From: an uncultured delta proteobacterium
GTDB taxonomy: Bacteria; Desulfobacterota; Desulfomonilia; Desulfomonilales; Desulfomonilaceae
Length of the DNA: 64,000 bases
Assembly: GCA_963789265.1 (NCBI GenBank)
Contig: CAWBKB010000005.1
Coordinates: forward strand, 384,001-448,000
Reading direction: 5' to 3'
Shown here: positions 1-11,278 of the stretch, piece after piece
Position numbering within the stretch: the first letter of the stretch is position 1
Layout of the letters: every line of letters starts with the position of its first letter
Made by a program: the position numbers and the translations under genes
The notes under the pieces: model-generated
The model's database searches: none
Told to the model about the DNA's origin: nothing
The model's input: the letters and a program-made list of their open reading frames with translations, nothing else

Positions 1-710
1 TTTTCCAATGGCTTGTATATGGGATTGGCGTAACCAGACAGCATGAACTTCCCCTCTAAGCCCAGGAGAAGCTCGACCAGGTCTCCGTGATCCTGATCAG
101 TCATCTCATGGCAATAGTCTTTGGTTGTCTTCCGAGTTGAATGTACATAAGGCGGATCGAGGTAAAAGAACGTGTTCGGAGTATCATATCGCTTAATGAC
201 CGTGCGAAAGTCCTCATGATCAACCTGTACGGTCTGCAGGCGCTCGTGTATCTCAGGTAACCGGTCGATTGCTGACAGATAAGCACTCACAAGCTGCGCC
301 ATACCCTTTCTTCCCTCCCTGATGGAATAGCTGAAACTCTGCCCAACCGCACTGTAGCTCATCCTCATTGTAATAAACCAACGATGCGCCTTATGCACAT
401 CGTCCGAAGTCTCCTTCCACGTGTCTCTGAAACGAAAGAACTCCTCACGGCTGTACGGCGTGAGAGAAATAAGCCGGACTAGTTCTTGCCACTTATTATC
501 GTCCCTCAATACCCGGAAGAAATTCACGATGCCTGAATCAAGGTCGTTTATCACTTCAACCGGAGAAACATCCTTTGCGAAAAACAAGGCAGCCGATCCT
601 GCGAAGACTTCCACATATGTCTGATGTTCAGGAACCAAGGGTAATAATTTGTTGAGAAGCGGGGTTTTGCCTCCATACCTTTTCAGAGGCGATTTCAATT
701 TTCCTTGCAT
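1..710 (-). CDS. DNA adenine methyltransferase, Dam/D12 class (runs off window edge)
   Basis: Manual translation MQGKLKSPLKRYGGK...YVEVFAGSAA...VINDLD...FYLDPPY. Absent from the ORF track because it has no stop in the window. Confidence 0.9.
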   Translation of the reverse strand, partial: MQGKLKSPLKRYGGKTPLLNKLLPLVPEHQTYVEVFAGSAALFFAKDVSPVEVINDLDSGIVNFFRVLRDDNKWQELVRLISLTPYSREEFFRFRDTWKETSDDVHKAHRWFITMRMSYSAVGQSFSYSIREGRKGMAQLVSAYLSAIDRLPEIHERLQTVQVDHEDFRTVIKRYDTPNTFFYLDPPYVHSTRKTTKDYCHEMTDQDHGDLVELLLGLEGKFMLSGYANPIYKPLE

Positions 711-976
711 AATTCCTCCACAAGGGGAGGAACACGAAAATAATTCAGTCATCTATTCAAGCAAGCATTGTCGTTATCCTTTCATGTAAGTCAGTATCTT
801 AAGTCCAGGTCAAATCTGTGTTTCGTGTCCTTCCTTTTTTGATTTTGTTGTTTTTTGATTGGAGCCTCAGTACGTGGGGCTCGGTGTTGATAGCCTGAGG
901 AATCCCGCCTAGCGGGTTGCCCCCGAGGCGCTGAGTTAGGAAAGGTCTCTGGAACTCCCTTTATACCGCCTTCTCA

Positions 977-1828
977 TCAATCTTCGTTTCCTGCATCATA
1001 CTCATCCTCATCCACATCGAAATTGCTCAGGGACTGGAGATACATGTCGATTGCCAGTTCCACATGATATTGAATTGATTCGCCCAAGTCCCTCAGCGCC
1101 CTGTAGTGTTCCGGCGCAAGGGTGACGGTCATATCATCCGTAGGCTCGGACTGGGAATCTTCTGATACAAACGTTTCCTCACTTGTATTTTCAGAGTCCA
1201 GGGACGGTGCTTTTAAAGATTTCTCGGAGGCTTTTGCAGCCTTCCGTTTCTTCTGCGTCTCCTCATACCCCTTGTTCACGCTCATCTCACCGTTCTTAAC
1301 GGCATCTACTGTCTCTGAATCACCGTGATCCATAATCGTTCGCATCCTCTCCGTCTTACGGGAACTGGTTCCCAGTAATTTTGCAGTTGACTCTGAGGAT
1401 TTCCCGGCAGCACCGTTTGGCGCTCCGGCAAATTTTCCGTCTTCATTCCGTTGGGGCACATAACGATCATCGATGATCTCCATGTAAGAAAAGAGTTCCG
1501 CATCGGTCAGTTGGCGACGATGGCACTGGAGCTGGATTGCATGCTCTATGGCTGCCGCTTCGTCATCATAATAGTATTCGTAGACAGGGACTTCCTTGAT
1601 TCCGGCATTTTTGGCGGCTTGCAAGCGGGTGTGCCCGTCAATGCAGACCAGCTCATCCTGTCCTTCCCATTTGGCTACTACGATCGGCTGGGATTCATCG
1701 TACTTCCAATCCCTCATATCCTCTTCGATTATGGTCAATAATTCGGGTCGTATCGGAAACAGGGCTTCGAAGCTCTTGTGTGTCTGTATTTCTGCTGGAT
1801 TCATCGTCTCGATTGTTATTTCGTTCAT
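977..1828 (-). CDS. ParB N-terminal (ParBc) domain protein
   Basis: QPIVV...CIDGHTRLQAA and RRQLT motifs, followed by an HTH-like segment. Confidence 0.8.
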   Translation of the reverse strand: MNEITIETMNPAEIQTHKSFEALFPIRPELLTIIEEDMRDWKYDESQPIVVAKWEGQDELVCIDGHTRLQAAKNAGIKEVPVYEYYYDDEAAAIEHAIQLQCHRRQLTDAELFSYMEIIDDRYVPQRNEDGKFAGAPNGAAGKSSESTAKLLGTSSRKTERMRTIMDHGDSETVDAVKNGEMSVNKGYEETQKKRKAAKASEKSLKAPSLDSENTSEETFVSEDSQSEPTDDMTVTLAPEHYRALRDLGESIQYHVELAIDMYLQSLSNFDVDEDEYDAGNED

Positions 1829-1841
1829 CGTACTCACCTTA

Positions 1842-2165
1842 TTAATTTGATTTTGCCGCTCTATCATCTCGGACTTGCGCCCGGCGGCATTCAAAAAGCG
1901 GAGAGTTGGCTGGTACTTTGAGTAGCCATTCGAGGTAACGGTCGCCGTCGAATATTTCCAAGGTGCGCTCCAAGTAATCTGCCGCTCTGTTTACTTTTTT
2001 GGAGATGGACTCCAGATTCTTTTCTATGGAAGCAGTTTTATCAGGAGTCCCCATTCCGAAACCCGTTTCCACAAACAAATCTATGAGGTCGTCTATTCTC
2101 ATGGATGTTTCTCTTAAATTTCCCAGTAGTTCTTCAACTCGGGACATTGCCTTACGTGTCGCCAT
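1842..2165 (-). CDS. hypothetical protein
   Basis: 107-aa ORF with AAGGAG RBS, co-oriented with ParB and the methylase. Confidence 0.55.
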   Translation of the reverse strand: MATRKAMSRVEELLGNLRETSMRIDDLIDLFVETGFGMGTPDKTASIEKNLESISKKVNRAADYLERTLEIFDGDRYLEWLLKVPANSPLFECRRAQVRDDRAAKSN

Positions 2166-2631
2166 TTTTCTCCTTTAAGTGCAGCGCTTAACCTGTGTTG
2201 CGGTTTCGTTGCCTGGTTGAGCAGACAAACAGATCTAGCCTCAAATGCAGCTAGAGCCGCCGTCTGCAAGTTAGATTGGCAAAAGCTTATCTATGGAATA
2301 ATCGGTAGTGACCGCCCGGCATGGGTCGGTCTTATGGCAAGAAAGAATCTAAAGACTATGAAGAATATCTGGTTGTTAAGATGCCACTTTATTAAATTAT
2401 GCGCTCCAGACCACACTCAATTCTTAGGGTTCCGTCCGGAGCATCGGCTTCGCAATTTTTACTTCCTATATAATATATAGTACACAAATCCATCTCTACT
2501 TGCATTTTCTTAATGGCTGCCAGAGCCTGTTACTGGACAATGCCCTGAAATAACAAGATATCTTTTCTTAAGTTTTTGCCGTCCGAATACCCCGTCCGAC
2601 GAGCTCTCCCGACGCATCGGGAGAGTTAAAT

Positions 2632-2859
2632 TCAAAACAGAATTGCATCAATTGTCCTGAACAGCTTTCCCCCGCTGGATTCGATCCAATATAGTACCTG
2701 CAAATTAATTGGAATCCCGTCAAAGTCTCCACTATTGCGGAAGTCTGTTCTCAAGCCAGAGCATTTCTTGCCCAGTGGGGCAGCAAATCCGATTTCGCTC
2801 ACAGCGCCTGAATCTAATTCGATGCCGTCCAGCACTTCCCAGGACAATATCGGAGTCAC
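2632..2859 (-). pseudogene. nucleoside 2-deoxyribosyltransferase, C-terminal fragment
   Basis: LDGIELDSGAVSEIGFA...GLRTDFR motif; N-terminus missing. Confidence 0.65.
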
Positions 2860-2884
2860 ATGTTGCCTCTACTGGACCATTCAA

Positions 2885-4069
2885 TCAGAAAGGAATTTCA
2901 CAACTTCCGCCAACTGTCCAGAGTTCTTGGCGTATGCTGAGGGTTTCAGGGGTGTTTTGAGAGTAATTCGCCGCCCCCCAGTAAGCCGGGTTGGATGGAC
3001 CATAGATATTCCCCAGCGTCTGATATTCGAGGCATGATCCAGACATCGTGGCATAAGAATAACGACCTTCCAACTGAATGGTGAAAAGACTCCCCAAATA
3101 AGTCCGATAACGGAAATCCACATCCAGGCCCCACCTGTTATGGCCGGTAATATCTGTGGATTGTGAACCCCAAATTCCCGGGGCAAAATGCGCGAACGGA
3201 TCAAGATAAGCGCCATTCCATGAAAATTGATAGTTTCCGAACAAATAGGGATAAAAATGTGTGTCAAAAAACCATTCAAAGCCGGAACTGCTGGTATCCG
3301 ACAAGCGGAATCCTATAAATGGGCCATTCCAAGTAATCCTCTGATACATGTCAAACTTGGTGGCGCTCGTCAGAGCGGTATTAGCCTATGCGGGTGTCCA
3401 ACCCACCTGTCCGGGAAAGACAGGAAATAAATTGGGAGGAGTGTCAGCGGAGTACGGGTCTATCACACTCTTGATCCAAAGCCATTTGTAGCCCACAAGC
3501 AAGTCCAGCGACGACAAAATGGGTAGTTTGCCGCACAAATCAAAAGCCCAGTAGCGATTTCTGTCATTTAGACTTATTAATCCTACTTCATTATTACCCA
3601 AGGCCAGAACGCCCAGAGCTGCCCGATATAGAATAGATAGATTCGCCGCATCGGTGTACTGCTTGAATCGGGTGCAAGAGCCAACGTTTGCTTCCACGCC
3701 GAACGTAAGGAATTCGGTTTGTGGCGTGCCTATTCCAATGACTCCGGACAAGTAGGCGTCTCTTAGATCCGTCTTTCTGTTGTGGACGAATGAGCTGAAG
3801 TCTTGATGATGTAAAATGTTATGTTGTCCGAGGCCGACGGTATCTTCGACGCGTATGTTCCCCCACCCGTAAAACATACCCACCCGGGCACTGGTTAACC
3901 CTATGCCCCTAAGAAATTCAAAGTAGTTGTTGGAAACTGCCCCAAATTTACCGAATCCGAACGAAGGAAGCAAATTCTGGCAAAATGCTGTCCCTCCTGC
4001 AACCAGTATGATAGTTCCGGCTGCGCAGACCCCAGCGAGCAGCCGCAGCACCCTCGCCTTGGCATCCAT
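2885..4069 (-). pseudogene. secreted or outer-membrane beta-barrel-like protein with in-frame TAG at 3386-3388
   Basis: ORFs 3386..4069 and 2885..3349 share a frame; signal-peptide-like N-terminus; aromatic beta-strand pattern; terminal Phe. Confidence 0.6.
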
Positions 4070-4338
4070 ACCCTACCCCAAATTCAAAAAACAGTGATCA
4101 CAGGACAGAACCCGCATCCCGCAGACGGCGTTCTAACGCGCTGTGAAACCGGCAAATAAATTGTCATTCCGATTTCGGGGTATTATATAGCAGCGGCAAT
4201 AGCCGTCAACAATTTCTTGGGGCACCTAGAATTCGGCTTTAGCTTTGCCGCATTTGAGATTCTCGGACCTGAGGCCGGCTCGGAGATCGCATCTTTGACC
4301 CCTAATATGAATCAGAAACACGCTTATTTGAAAACTGA

Positions 4339-5424
4339 CTAGTGTCCTGTCCCATTAATAAGTTTGCATATTTTCTCGACCTTTCTAAGGATTGAATCCG
4401 CTGTGGCCGTCCACACGAAAGGTCGTGCGTCTTGGTTATAGTTCTTCACGAAGTCTTCAATGCGTTCAACGAGTTGTTTGGTACCTGTAAAGGACCCTCG
4501 AACTATGGCCGGCTGGGAGATTACCCCAAACCATCGTTCGACCTGATTAAGCCAGGATGCATACGTAGGTGTGTAATGAACGGAAAATCTAGGGTGGCTG
4601 GCGAGCCAGTTTTTGACCTTGTGGTGCTTGTGAGTGCAGTAGTTGTCTACAATAAGGTGCACGTTGAGGTCAGCCGGTACGTTTTTGTCCACCCGTTTGA
4701 GGAAACTAAGGAACTCCTGATGCCTGTGTCGCTGTTTACACTCTGTGATCACTTGCCCGGTTGCCACGTCCAAAGCTGTAAAGAGCGTGGTGGTGCCATG
4801 GCGAAGGTAGTCATGGGTGACTCCGTCCACATACCCGAGCCCCAAAGGCAACACAGGTTGACTACGCTCCAGAGCCTGGATCTGGGTCTTCTCGTCCACA
4901 GACAGTACCAGGGCCTTGTCCGGTGGATTCAGGTACAGTCCCACAATATCCCGAACTTTTTCTACAAACTGAGGGTCCGTAGAAAGCTTAAACGATTTAG
5001 TGAGATGCGGCTTAATACCAAAAAGATCCATATACCTTTGCACCGCACTCTTGGAGATTCCGGTCGAGCGCTCCAGACTTCTCATAGTCCATCGATTCCC
5101 TTGCGTCGGAGCGGTCTCCAGGACTGTTTGCAGCAATTGCGCTACCTTCTCGTCGTCATGATCCCTGGGCCGTCCCGGACGTTGCTCCCCATACAGCCCC
5201 GCAAGTCCCTGCTCGAGAAAACGCCTTCGCCAATGGGTTACCGTGCCACCGGATATCCCCAAACGCTGGGCAATAGACGTGTTCGATTCTCCTTCGGACG
5301 AGGCCAGAATGATTTGCGCCCTACGGACAACCCCGTGCCGCGACGTTCGAGATCTGGTCAAATTCTGCAACTCTTTACGCTCCAAATCCGAAAGGACGAT
5401 TTCCTGTTTCTTGGGACGCCCCAT
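4339..5424 (-). CDS. IS630 transposase
   Basis: HTH plus DDE motifs SVDEK, IVDNY, SWLNQVERWF. Confidence 0.95.
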   Translation of the reverse strand: MGRPKKQEIVLSDLERKELQNLTRSRTSRHGVVRRAQIILASSEGESNTSIAQRLGISGGTVTHWRRRFLEQGLAGLYGEQRPGRPRDHDDEKVAQLLQTVLETAPTQGNRWTMRSLERSTGISKSAVQRYMDLFGIKPHLTKSFKLSTDPQFVEKVRDIVGLYLNPPDKALVLSVDEKTQIQALERSQPVLPLGLGYVDGVTHDYLRHGTTTLFTALDVATGQVITECKQRHRHQEFLSFLKRVDKNVPADLNVHLIVDNYCTHKHHKVKNWLASHPRFSVHYTPTYASWLNQVERWFGVISQPAIVRGSFTGTKQLVERIEDFVKNYNQDARPFVWTATADSILRKVEKICKLINGTGH

Positions 5425-5512
5425 AAGCTTTCGTGCCTCCCTCAGTGATGAGTGGGCACGAATGTAGCAGAAGTCCCTCGCTTTCGTGAGTTATTTGTGG
5501 GACAGGACACTA
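4340..5512 (-). mobile_element. IS630-family insertion sequence, complete
   Basis: Inverted ends CTAGTGTCCTGTCCCA (4339) and TGGGACAGGACACTAG (ends 5513), with TA at both junctions. Confidence 0.95.
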
Positions 5513-5794
5513 GCCTTCATTCATGGCACTTTTAAACCGGGGCGAGTACTTCCACGTAACAACCCTGCGGGCATTCAACAGCATGGGCTCGCCAGTTTGG
5601 GGGTTCCTGCCACGACGAGCCCTCTTATCCTTCACAGACCATTTCCCGAAGCGAGAGATCATAACCTCATCCCCAGCGACAAGCTGTGCCTTCATGATAC
5701 CGAGGAGTTTTTCTAAGATCTCTTCCGCTTCCCCCTTCAGGAAACCGCAATCACCGGCGATTTTCTTTGCTATATGTGCCTTGGCAAATGTCAT
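5510..5794 (-). CDS. integration host factor alpha-like (HU/IHF family)
   Basis: VMISRFGKWSV...ARRGRNPQTGE...ARRVVTWK. Confidence 0.9.
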   Translation of the reverse strand: MTFAKAHIAKKIAGDCGFLKGEAEEILEKLLGIMKAQLVAGDEVMISRFGKWSVKDKRARRGRNPQTGEPMLLNARRVVTWKYSPRFKSAMNEG

Positions 5795-6223
5795 GACAAC
5801 CTCCCCAAATTTCATTTTAAGTGGCATAGAGGGTTTAGAATAGCAGAAATGTGACCTTAAAGGCAATGATATCAGGATATTCTTACAAGCAGACTCGTGA
5901 TGATCATGACAGAGCACTCGGACACGGTCAGTCGGAGTGGACAACTTATCAAAACCACCCTGTCCAGCTCACCGCCACGCTGGTTTACGGTTATCGAATG
6001 CATTTTCTCCGGGCGAATGAAATACGGGACTTCTCACGGTACTGTAGCTTGCCTTCTCGCGTTCTCAGAACCCCATACGCGAACGTTCCTGGTTTTGAAC
6101 AACTTAGCATACTCCTAACCAGAAAATCGCGGAGAATCGTTCTGAGGTGCCTTCTGATTCGCGTCTCGCGGACGACTCGGGTCTGTGATAAACTGCCGGG
6201 AACACCTGATCGAGAGTTGCCCT

Positions 6224-6850
6224 ATGAGTGACGAACAAGACCTAAATTCCCAGCGCACGCGAATAATGGAAATCTGGCACGAGTACGGTCAGACCTTTAA
6301 TGCCTTCGTGCCCGAGGAACAACCATTTCCTGAGGAATGGGAACCAGATTTGCCGGCACCGGATGAAAAAGGTCGTCTCAGCCCGTAGGCCCTTAAGCAC
6401 TGGGAACAGCTCTTTCCTACAAAAGAATTCCTCCGCCAGCGCTATGCAGAGCACCACATTCTGGGAGGGCCTTCTCTGAACTTTGACTGTTTGGTCCCCA
6501 AATTCCAGAGGCGCATGGTCAACCGTGTAGCCGAAGACGAGTATGGAAATCCCTTGCATATCCCCGTTCGGGATTGCCACGAATGGTATGATTCGGCTTT
6601 ACGGATCGGTATATTTCAATGGCAAGTCGGTTTTTCTTGCCGTTCTGTACTGTGCCAGCGCAAGTGGTGCAAGCTCCATCGAGATAACCCCGCCCGTATT
6701 TCCGCGAGCCGCTTGGCGGGGAGGATTAATTCCGAGATCCTCAAGAGGAATCGTGCTCTTTCAACTGAGGAACAACAAGCACTTGTCAACGAAAACCTAG
6801 CGCAGGAATACATTGATCACTTTCATAGCCGGTATCCCGCCGTGAGAGGG
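6224..6850 (+). pseudogene. deleted paralogue of the Zn-finger/PolA module (chimera)
   Basis: First part matches 14481-14960 (AFVPEEQPFPE...FSCRSVLCQRKWCKL), with TAG at 6386-6388. It then continues as PolA-like NRALSTEEQQALVNENLAQEYIDHFHSRYPAV, matching ~16920-17070. Confidence 0.85.
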
Positions 6851-7148
6851 CACTGCCGCCATAAACAATATCAAGAGCTTGCGAAAAAACCCCAGACATT
6901 TCGAGCCCTGTTGATCCCTTTCGGTCCTTTTCGGTCCCTCACGGTCCCTGAAAATGTTAACACCATGTTAACAAGGAACCTGGCAACTCCCACTCGCGAC
7001 CTCCGGCGTGACAGGGCGTGGCCCTCCGTAGTAAAATCAACAACATATCCAGGAACCCGAGTCATCTCGTCCCCAGGGGAGCAATCCGGATTGAAGTCTA
7101 GAATTCTACGTGATTCTTATGCCAAAAAAACCCTCGTATAGCGACAAA

Positions 7149-8313
7149 TCAGGCACTGACATACAGTTTCGTTAATACGAACTCTCTGTGCCCGAGGGCC
7201 TCGGCGGCCGTCAATCGCCCGTTTGCAGTCCGAACGATCATTTCAAGTAGCTTGTCTCCCGCCTGATCCAAAGTCATCTCACCCCGGAGAATGGCGGAAA
7301 CGTCCAGATCGATATGTTCACTCATAGGTACTGCATGTGAGAGGGTTAGCGGACAATTTTATCACGGGGAGAATAGGATTCCCTATGATGTTTCCCTGTC
7401 CGGTGGGGAACAGATGTACCACGGCACCGGATGCAGCCCACAGGGTGACGGCTTCTGCAGCAGCAGAAGAGGTATCCATATACCATAATCCTTTGCCCTT
7501 CGGGGCCTCGGCAGGCTTGAGCACCCCTACGTACCGTGCCTTCTTGCCGATCTTCTGGAGGTTTCCGAAAGCCTTCTCTTCTATGGTCGTCAGGCCTCCC
7601 CGGATATTCCCCTTGGTGGGCTGTGAACCTGACAGATCATCGGTCTTGAACTTCACGATAATGTCGTCGTAGGCATTCCAAACTCTCATGAATTCCTCGC
7701 CCACTTCGGGCGTGGCGGCACGTTCTTTACAAACGTGCTCTGCACCGGTAATCTCCGATGTCTCGCCAAAGCAGGTGGTCGCGCCCATATCTACAAGCTT
7801 GTCTATGGCATTCCCCACCGTGGGATTCGAGGCAAGTCCGGAAGTTGTATCCGATTCGCCGCACTTGACCGAGACATATAGCTCGTTGAGATGGCAGTCA
7901 GTTTTCGGCAGTTCCGTAGCCCAGTGGACGTATTCTTTGGCCTGACGTGAAGCTGCGGCAATCGTGGTGATATCGCCACTGCGTTCAATGGAGAAACCCT
8001 TAACGGGTTTACCAGTTTTTGCTATGCCCTGGACTATACGATCCGTCCATTCAGGCTCGATACCGATTACTACCACTGCAGCAACGTTCGGGTTTGAGCC
8101 GGTTCCTATAATCGTCCTGAAGAACAGTTCGAGATCCTCACCGAATTGCAGACGGCCATATGCGTGAGGAAGGGCCAGTGTACCTTTTATGTTGCTTGCC
8201 ACTGCTTCACATGCCGCATTGGACAAATCGTCCAGAGGCAGAATCACAACATGGTTACGGACACCGACACGCCCGTTTTCTCGACGATAACCTGAAATTT
8301 TTGGTTTATCCAT
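7149..8313 (-). CDS. suyB: UxaA-family lyase, probably (2R)-sulfolactate sulfo-lyase beta subunit; +1 frameshift near 7326
   Basis: [29 protein letters not shown]...[10 protein letters not shown]-terminus [10 protein letters not shown]...KLYVSA* continues in the next frame. Confidence 0.8.
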
Positions 8314-8315
8314 TG

Positions 8316-8594
8316 CTACCACCTCTTTGTTCTGAGATTCTGAGTGTGAACGTGTTCGCCCGCTCGAATATCCGTTGTAACTACGCCAATGTCATGACCG
8401 TATTTGATTACGGTATCACCGGCTTTAAAATCTTTGAGGGCGATTTTGTGCCCAAGCGGGATGGGGTTCAAAACCTTGACTTGAAGAATCTCTTGAGAAT
8501 CCATAAATAATCCCTCGGCGTTCTCACCGGCATTCATATCCATGGTGACCACACCAACGGAATCGGATTTCTCATGCACCAGAAAATTTATCAT
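8316..8594 (-). CDS. suyA: SAF-domain UxaA alpha subunit
   Basis: IPLGHKIAL...VIKYG...GEHVHTQNL; adjacent to the beta subunit. Confidence 0.8.
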   Translation of the reverse strand: MINFLVHEKSDSVGVVTMDMNAGENAEGLFMDSQEILQVKVLNPIPLGHKIALKDFKAGDTVIKYGHDIGVVTTDIRAGEHVHTQNLRTKRW

Positions 8595-8829
8595 CTTTTC
8601 TCCTCTTATGTTCCGGACTGAATGGCTCGGATACATAAACAGACCGAATCTATTCAGTCCCGGTGATAAAAAACGTGGTATTCGCTTCCGGCACTATGGC
8701 GACACGAGGACGTCCCGGAAAATTGTTGATCCAATCGTGTATTGTTTGAGACGGCGAAACCGCCCGCAACTGACACTTTCTTAGTATTTTTGCTTGCAGC
8801 TCCGATGCTATCGCCACTTCAAAGCTGTC

Positions 8830-9714
8830 CTATACTTCTATGCCCAATTTACGCATCCAGGCTTTGATCTTGTCTTCCTGGCCTCCGGCCAGGGCTATCG
8901 GTTCGGCGACGGTCGGTCCGCAGACACCTTGAAGGTGAAGGCCGAACTTAATGACTGCTGCAGCCATGCCGAAACTGCCTATCAACGGGATGTAAGACGC
9001 CCGTTTTTGCAAAATAATCGCTTCGTCGTGACGTCCTTGCATGAACGCATCATAGACAGCGGTGCAGGCTTTGGGCGCCAAGCTGCATCCGGCATAAATT
9101 CCTCCTTTTGCGCCATGGATATATCCCGCCAGGCCTAAAGCAGGATTACCAATCATCACGTCAAAATCCATCCCGGAGGTCACTTCAAGATACCGCTGCA
9201 GATTAATAAAATCACCGCAGCTGTCCTTAATACCGATAATTTTGGGATGAGCCGCAAGTTTTTCAACAGTTTCTGGCGCAATTGGTGTCTTTGTCATTTG
9301 GGGAAAATTGTACATTGTGACCGGTTTCTTCGAGACATCGGCAATAGATAGATAGTATCGCGTAATGGAAGCTTGATCCAAAGGGAAATAATATGGAATG
9401 GCCACAAGAACCCAGTCTGCCTTGGTTTTCTCGGCCGCCTTCACCTGTTCAAGCGTCCTTTGAGTACCGGGCTCACCACAGCCGATCAATACCGGAACTT
9501 TACCATTTACTTCATCCAGCGCTGTTTCGATGGCATCCTGCCGCATTGATTCGGTCATTGCAGGAAATTCTCCGGTGCTTCCCAAAACTACGATGCCGTG
9601 CACACCTCCTTTCAAACAATACTGTACCACGTTGCGCAACCCCGCCTTATCTACTTTTTCGTCAGTGGTCAAAGGCGTCACCATTGCCGGATATACTCCT
9701 TTTAACCCCAACAC
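8830..9714 (-). CDS. DHDPS/NAL-family class I aldolase
   Basis: GSTGEF, YNFP and IIGIKDS motifs. Confidence 0.9.
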   Translation of the reverse strand: MLGLKGVYPAMVTPLTTDEKVDKAGLRNVVQYCLKGGVHGIVVLGSTGEFPAMTESMRQDAIETALDEVNGKVPVLIGCGEPGTQRTLEQVKAAEKTKADWVLVAIPYYFPLDQASITRYYLSIADVSKKPVTMYNFPQMTKTPIAPETVEKLAAHPKIIGIKDSCGDFINLQRYLEVTSGMDFDVMIGNPALGLAGYIHGAKGGIYAGCSLAPKACTAVYDAFMQGRHDEAIILQKRASYIPLIGSFGMAAAVIKFGLHLQGVCGPTVAEPIALAGGQEDKIKAWMRKLGIEV

Positions 9715-9746
9715 ACATTCTCCTTCCTACAATGAAATGACGATGG

Positions 9747-10500
9747 GCCTATCTGGATGACTCGTCTTACCCCAATAGGTTGTGGGGCAGTCGTTTATTG
9801 ATCCCACCCCGGATTTGGTGAGAGTTTTGTACAGGCCCCTTGATAAGTCCCTGTCAGCCAACGTTTCAACAGAGAAGCCACTCGGCTCACCCTGGGCAGA
9901 AGGTTGTCTCCCATATCCACTCTCTTGCGTATCTTCTTATGGCGATAACCATGTACCGCTCGCGGTGAGTAACCTGACCAGCCATCAGTTTGTACCGCGC
10001 TTTCTGGCTCCACACACTGTTCTATGGCCGGAAAGAGACTTGAAGAGAGTGCATCGGCTACCCGAAGAAGCCGAATACGTCTGATCCTCCGGCCGTCCTG
10101 TTCTGCAGCTATCAGGACCAAAGCCTTGACACCAGCTTCTCGAACGTAAGTCCCTTTCACGCCGCCCACGTATATCTCGTCATCCTCTGTTGTTCCCGAT
10201 AGACGGTCTCGTCCCGGGCGAACCATCGCACGTCGAAGTTTGTGCAGCCCTGGCCACGCCGTTTCGTAGCTCCCCAGCCCCAGGGACCACTTTCAGGTCC
10301 AAGGCGCTCATATCCTGCTTCTGGGTTGTCACATACCACATTGCGCGGAATCATAGTGGCAGAGACTTCTTTGTGTCCTGGAAAACCGTGCCAACCAGGC
10401 GTGGGATGGTTTCCAGAAGCCCGAAATGTTTGCCGTGTCTGCTCCCACAAGATCGGACAGAGACAGAAACGTTGTCCTGTTACCGATAAAGCCTGTAGTT
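9747..10500 (-). mobile_element. degraded IS1595-family (ISXO2-like) element
   Basis: DEIYVGG...VQTDGWSGY...LLKRWLTGTYQG; fragmented reading frame. Confidence 0.75.
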
Positions 10501-10649
10501 CCCAATTTCTGAGGGCGCCAGAGGCGTCTTGCTAAGATTCCTTTGAAAAATGCAGCATGCATCCCTCATCATTGGGACCCATTGGTTTTCAGGGGAAGGC
10601 CAAAGGTGCCAAAACAGTGCCGCAAGGATTTCGCCTTCGTCCCCTTTCC

Positions 10650-11153
10650 CTAGCCGTCGTCCCGCACGCGCCGCCCATAATAAAAATGTCCTGTTTCTTC
10701 ACCATCGAAATCAGCGACCCGAGGCATGTAACCCCATTTTTCAAAGCCCATTTTGTCCAGTAGCTTCAGGCTGGCTGCATTACGTTCCAGGACAATCGCA
10801 AAAAGATTCTTAATCCCGAGTCCAGGACAAGTCACTATCGCATGCCCGACTAAGGCGTTTGCCACGCCCTTCCGATCATATTCTAGTGCAACGTAACAAC
10901 TGATTTCCGCTGTGGATCGGAGCGCGGCACGACCAGGCCGATAAGGACTCAGGCTGCACCACCCCGCAATTTGTTCATTCACTTCCGCTATAAAAATCGG
11001 ATAGTTCTCGGGACTGTGTTCCAGAAACCAATTGGTTCGCTGTTCAACTTGCACTGGCAGTGTATCCGCCGTAGAACATTGCGATGGAATGGACTGGTTG
11101 TAGATGTCCACAATAGTGGGGAGGTCTTCAATTTGAGCCAATCGAATTATCAT
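10650..11153 (-). CDS. GNAT N-acetyltransferase (Pat/YncA-like)
   Basis: DIYNQSI...N-x-ASLKL...MGFEKWG. Confidence 0.9.
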   Translation of the reverse strand: MIIRLAQIEDLPTIVDIYNQSIPSQCSTADTLPVQVEQRTNWFLEHSPENYPIFIAEVNEQIAGWCSLSPYRPGRAALRSTAEISCYVALEYDRKGVANALVGHAIVTCPGLGIKNLFAIVLERNAASLKLLDKMGFEKWGYMPRVADFDGEETGHFYYGRRVRDDG

Positions 11154-11278
11154 ACGCTACACTCGCCGACCAAAGCTTGTCGATTGTCCCCGTCGGGGAA
11201 CGGGAGAACACCCTCGTCTTTAGGCGAAGATTGCAATAGGTCCGCAGTGCTGAAAACGTTGGACTGGTCACATATTCT

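Noticed and set aside
3386..6388. In-frame TAG stops at 3386 and 6386 as pyrrolysine or stop-codon reassignment
   Set aside because: The paralogue has CAG at the 6386 position, that copy is otherwise deleted, TAG ends intact genes elsewhere in the window, and no pyl genes are visible.
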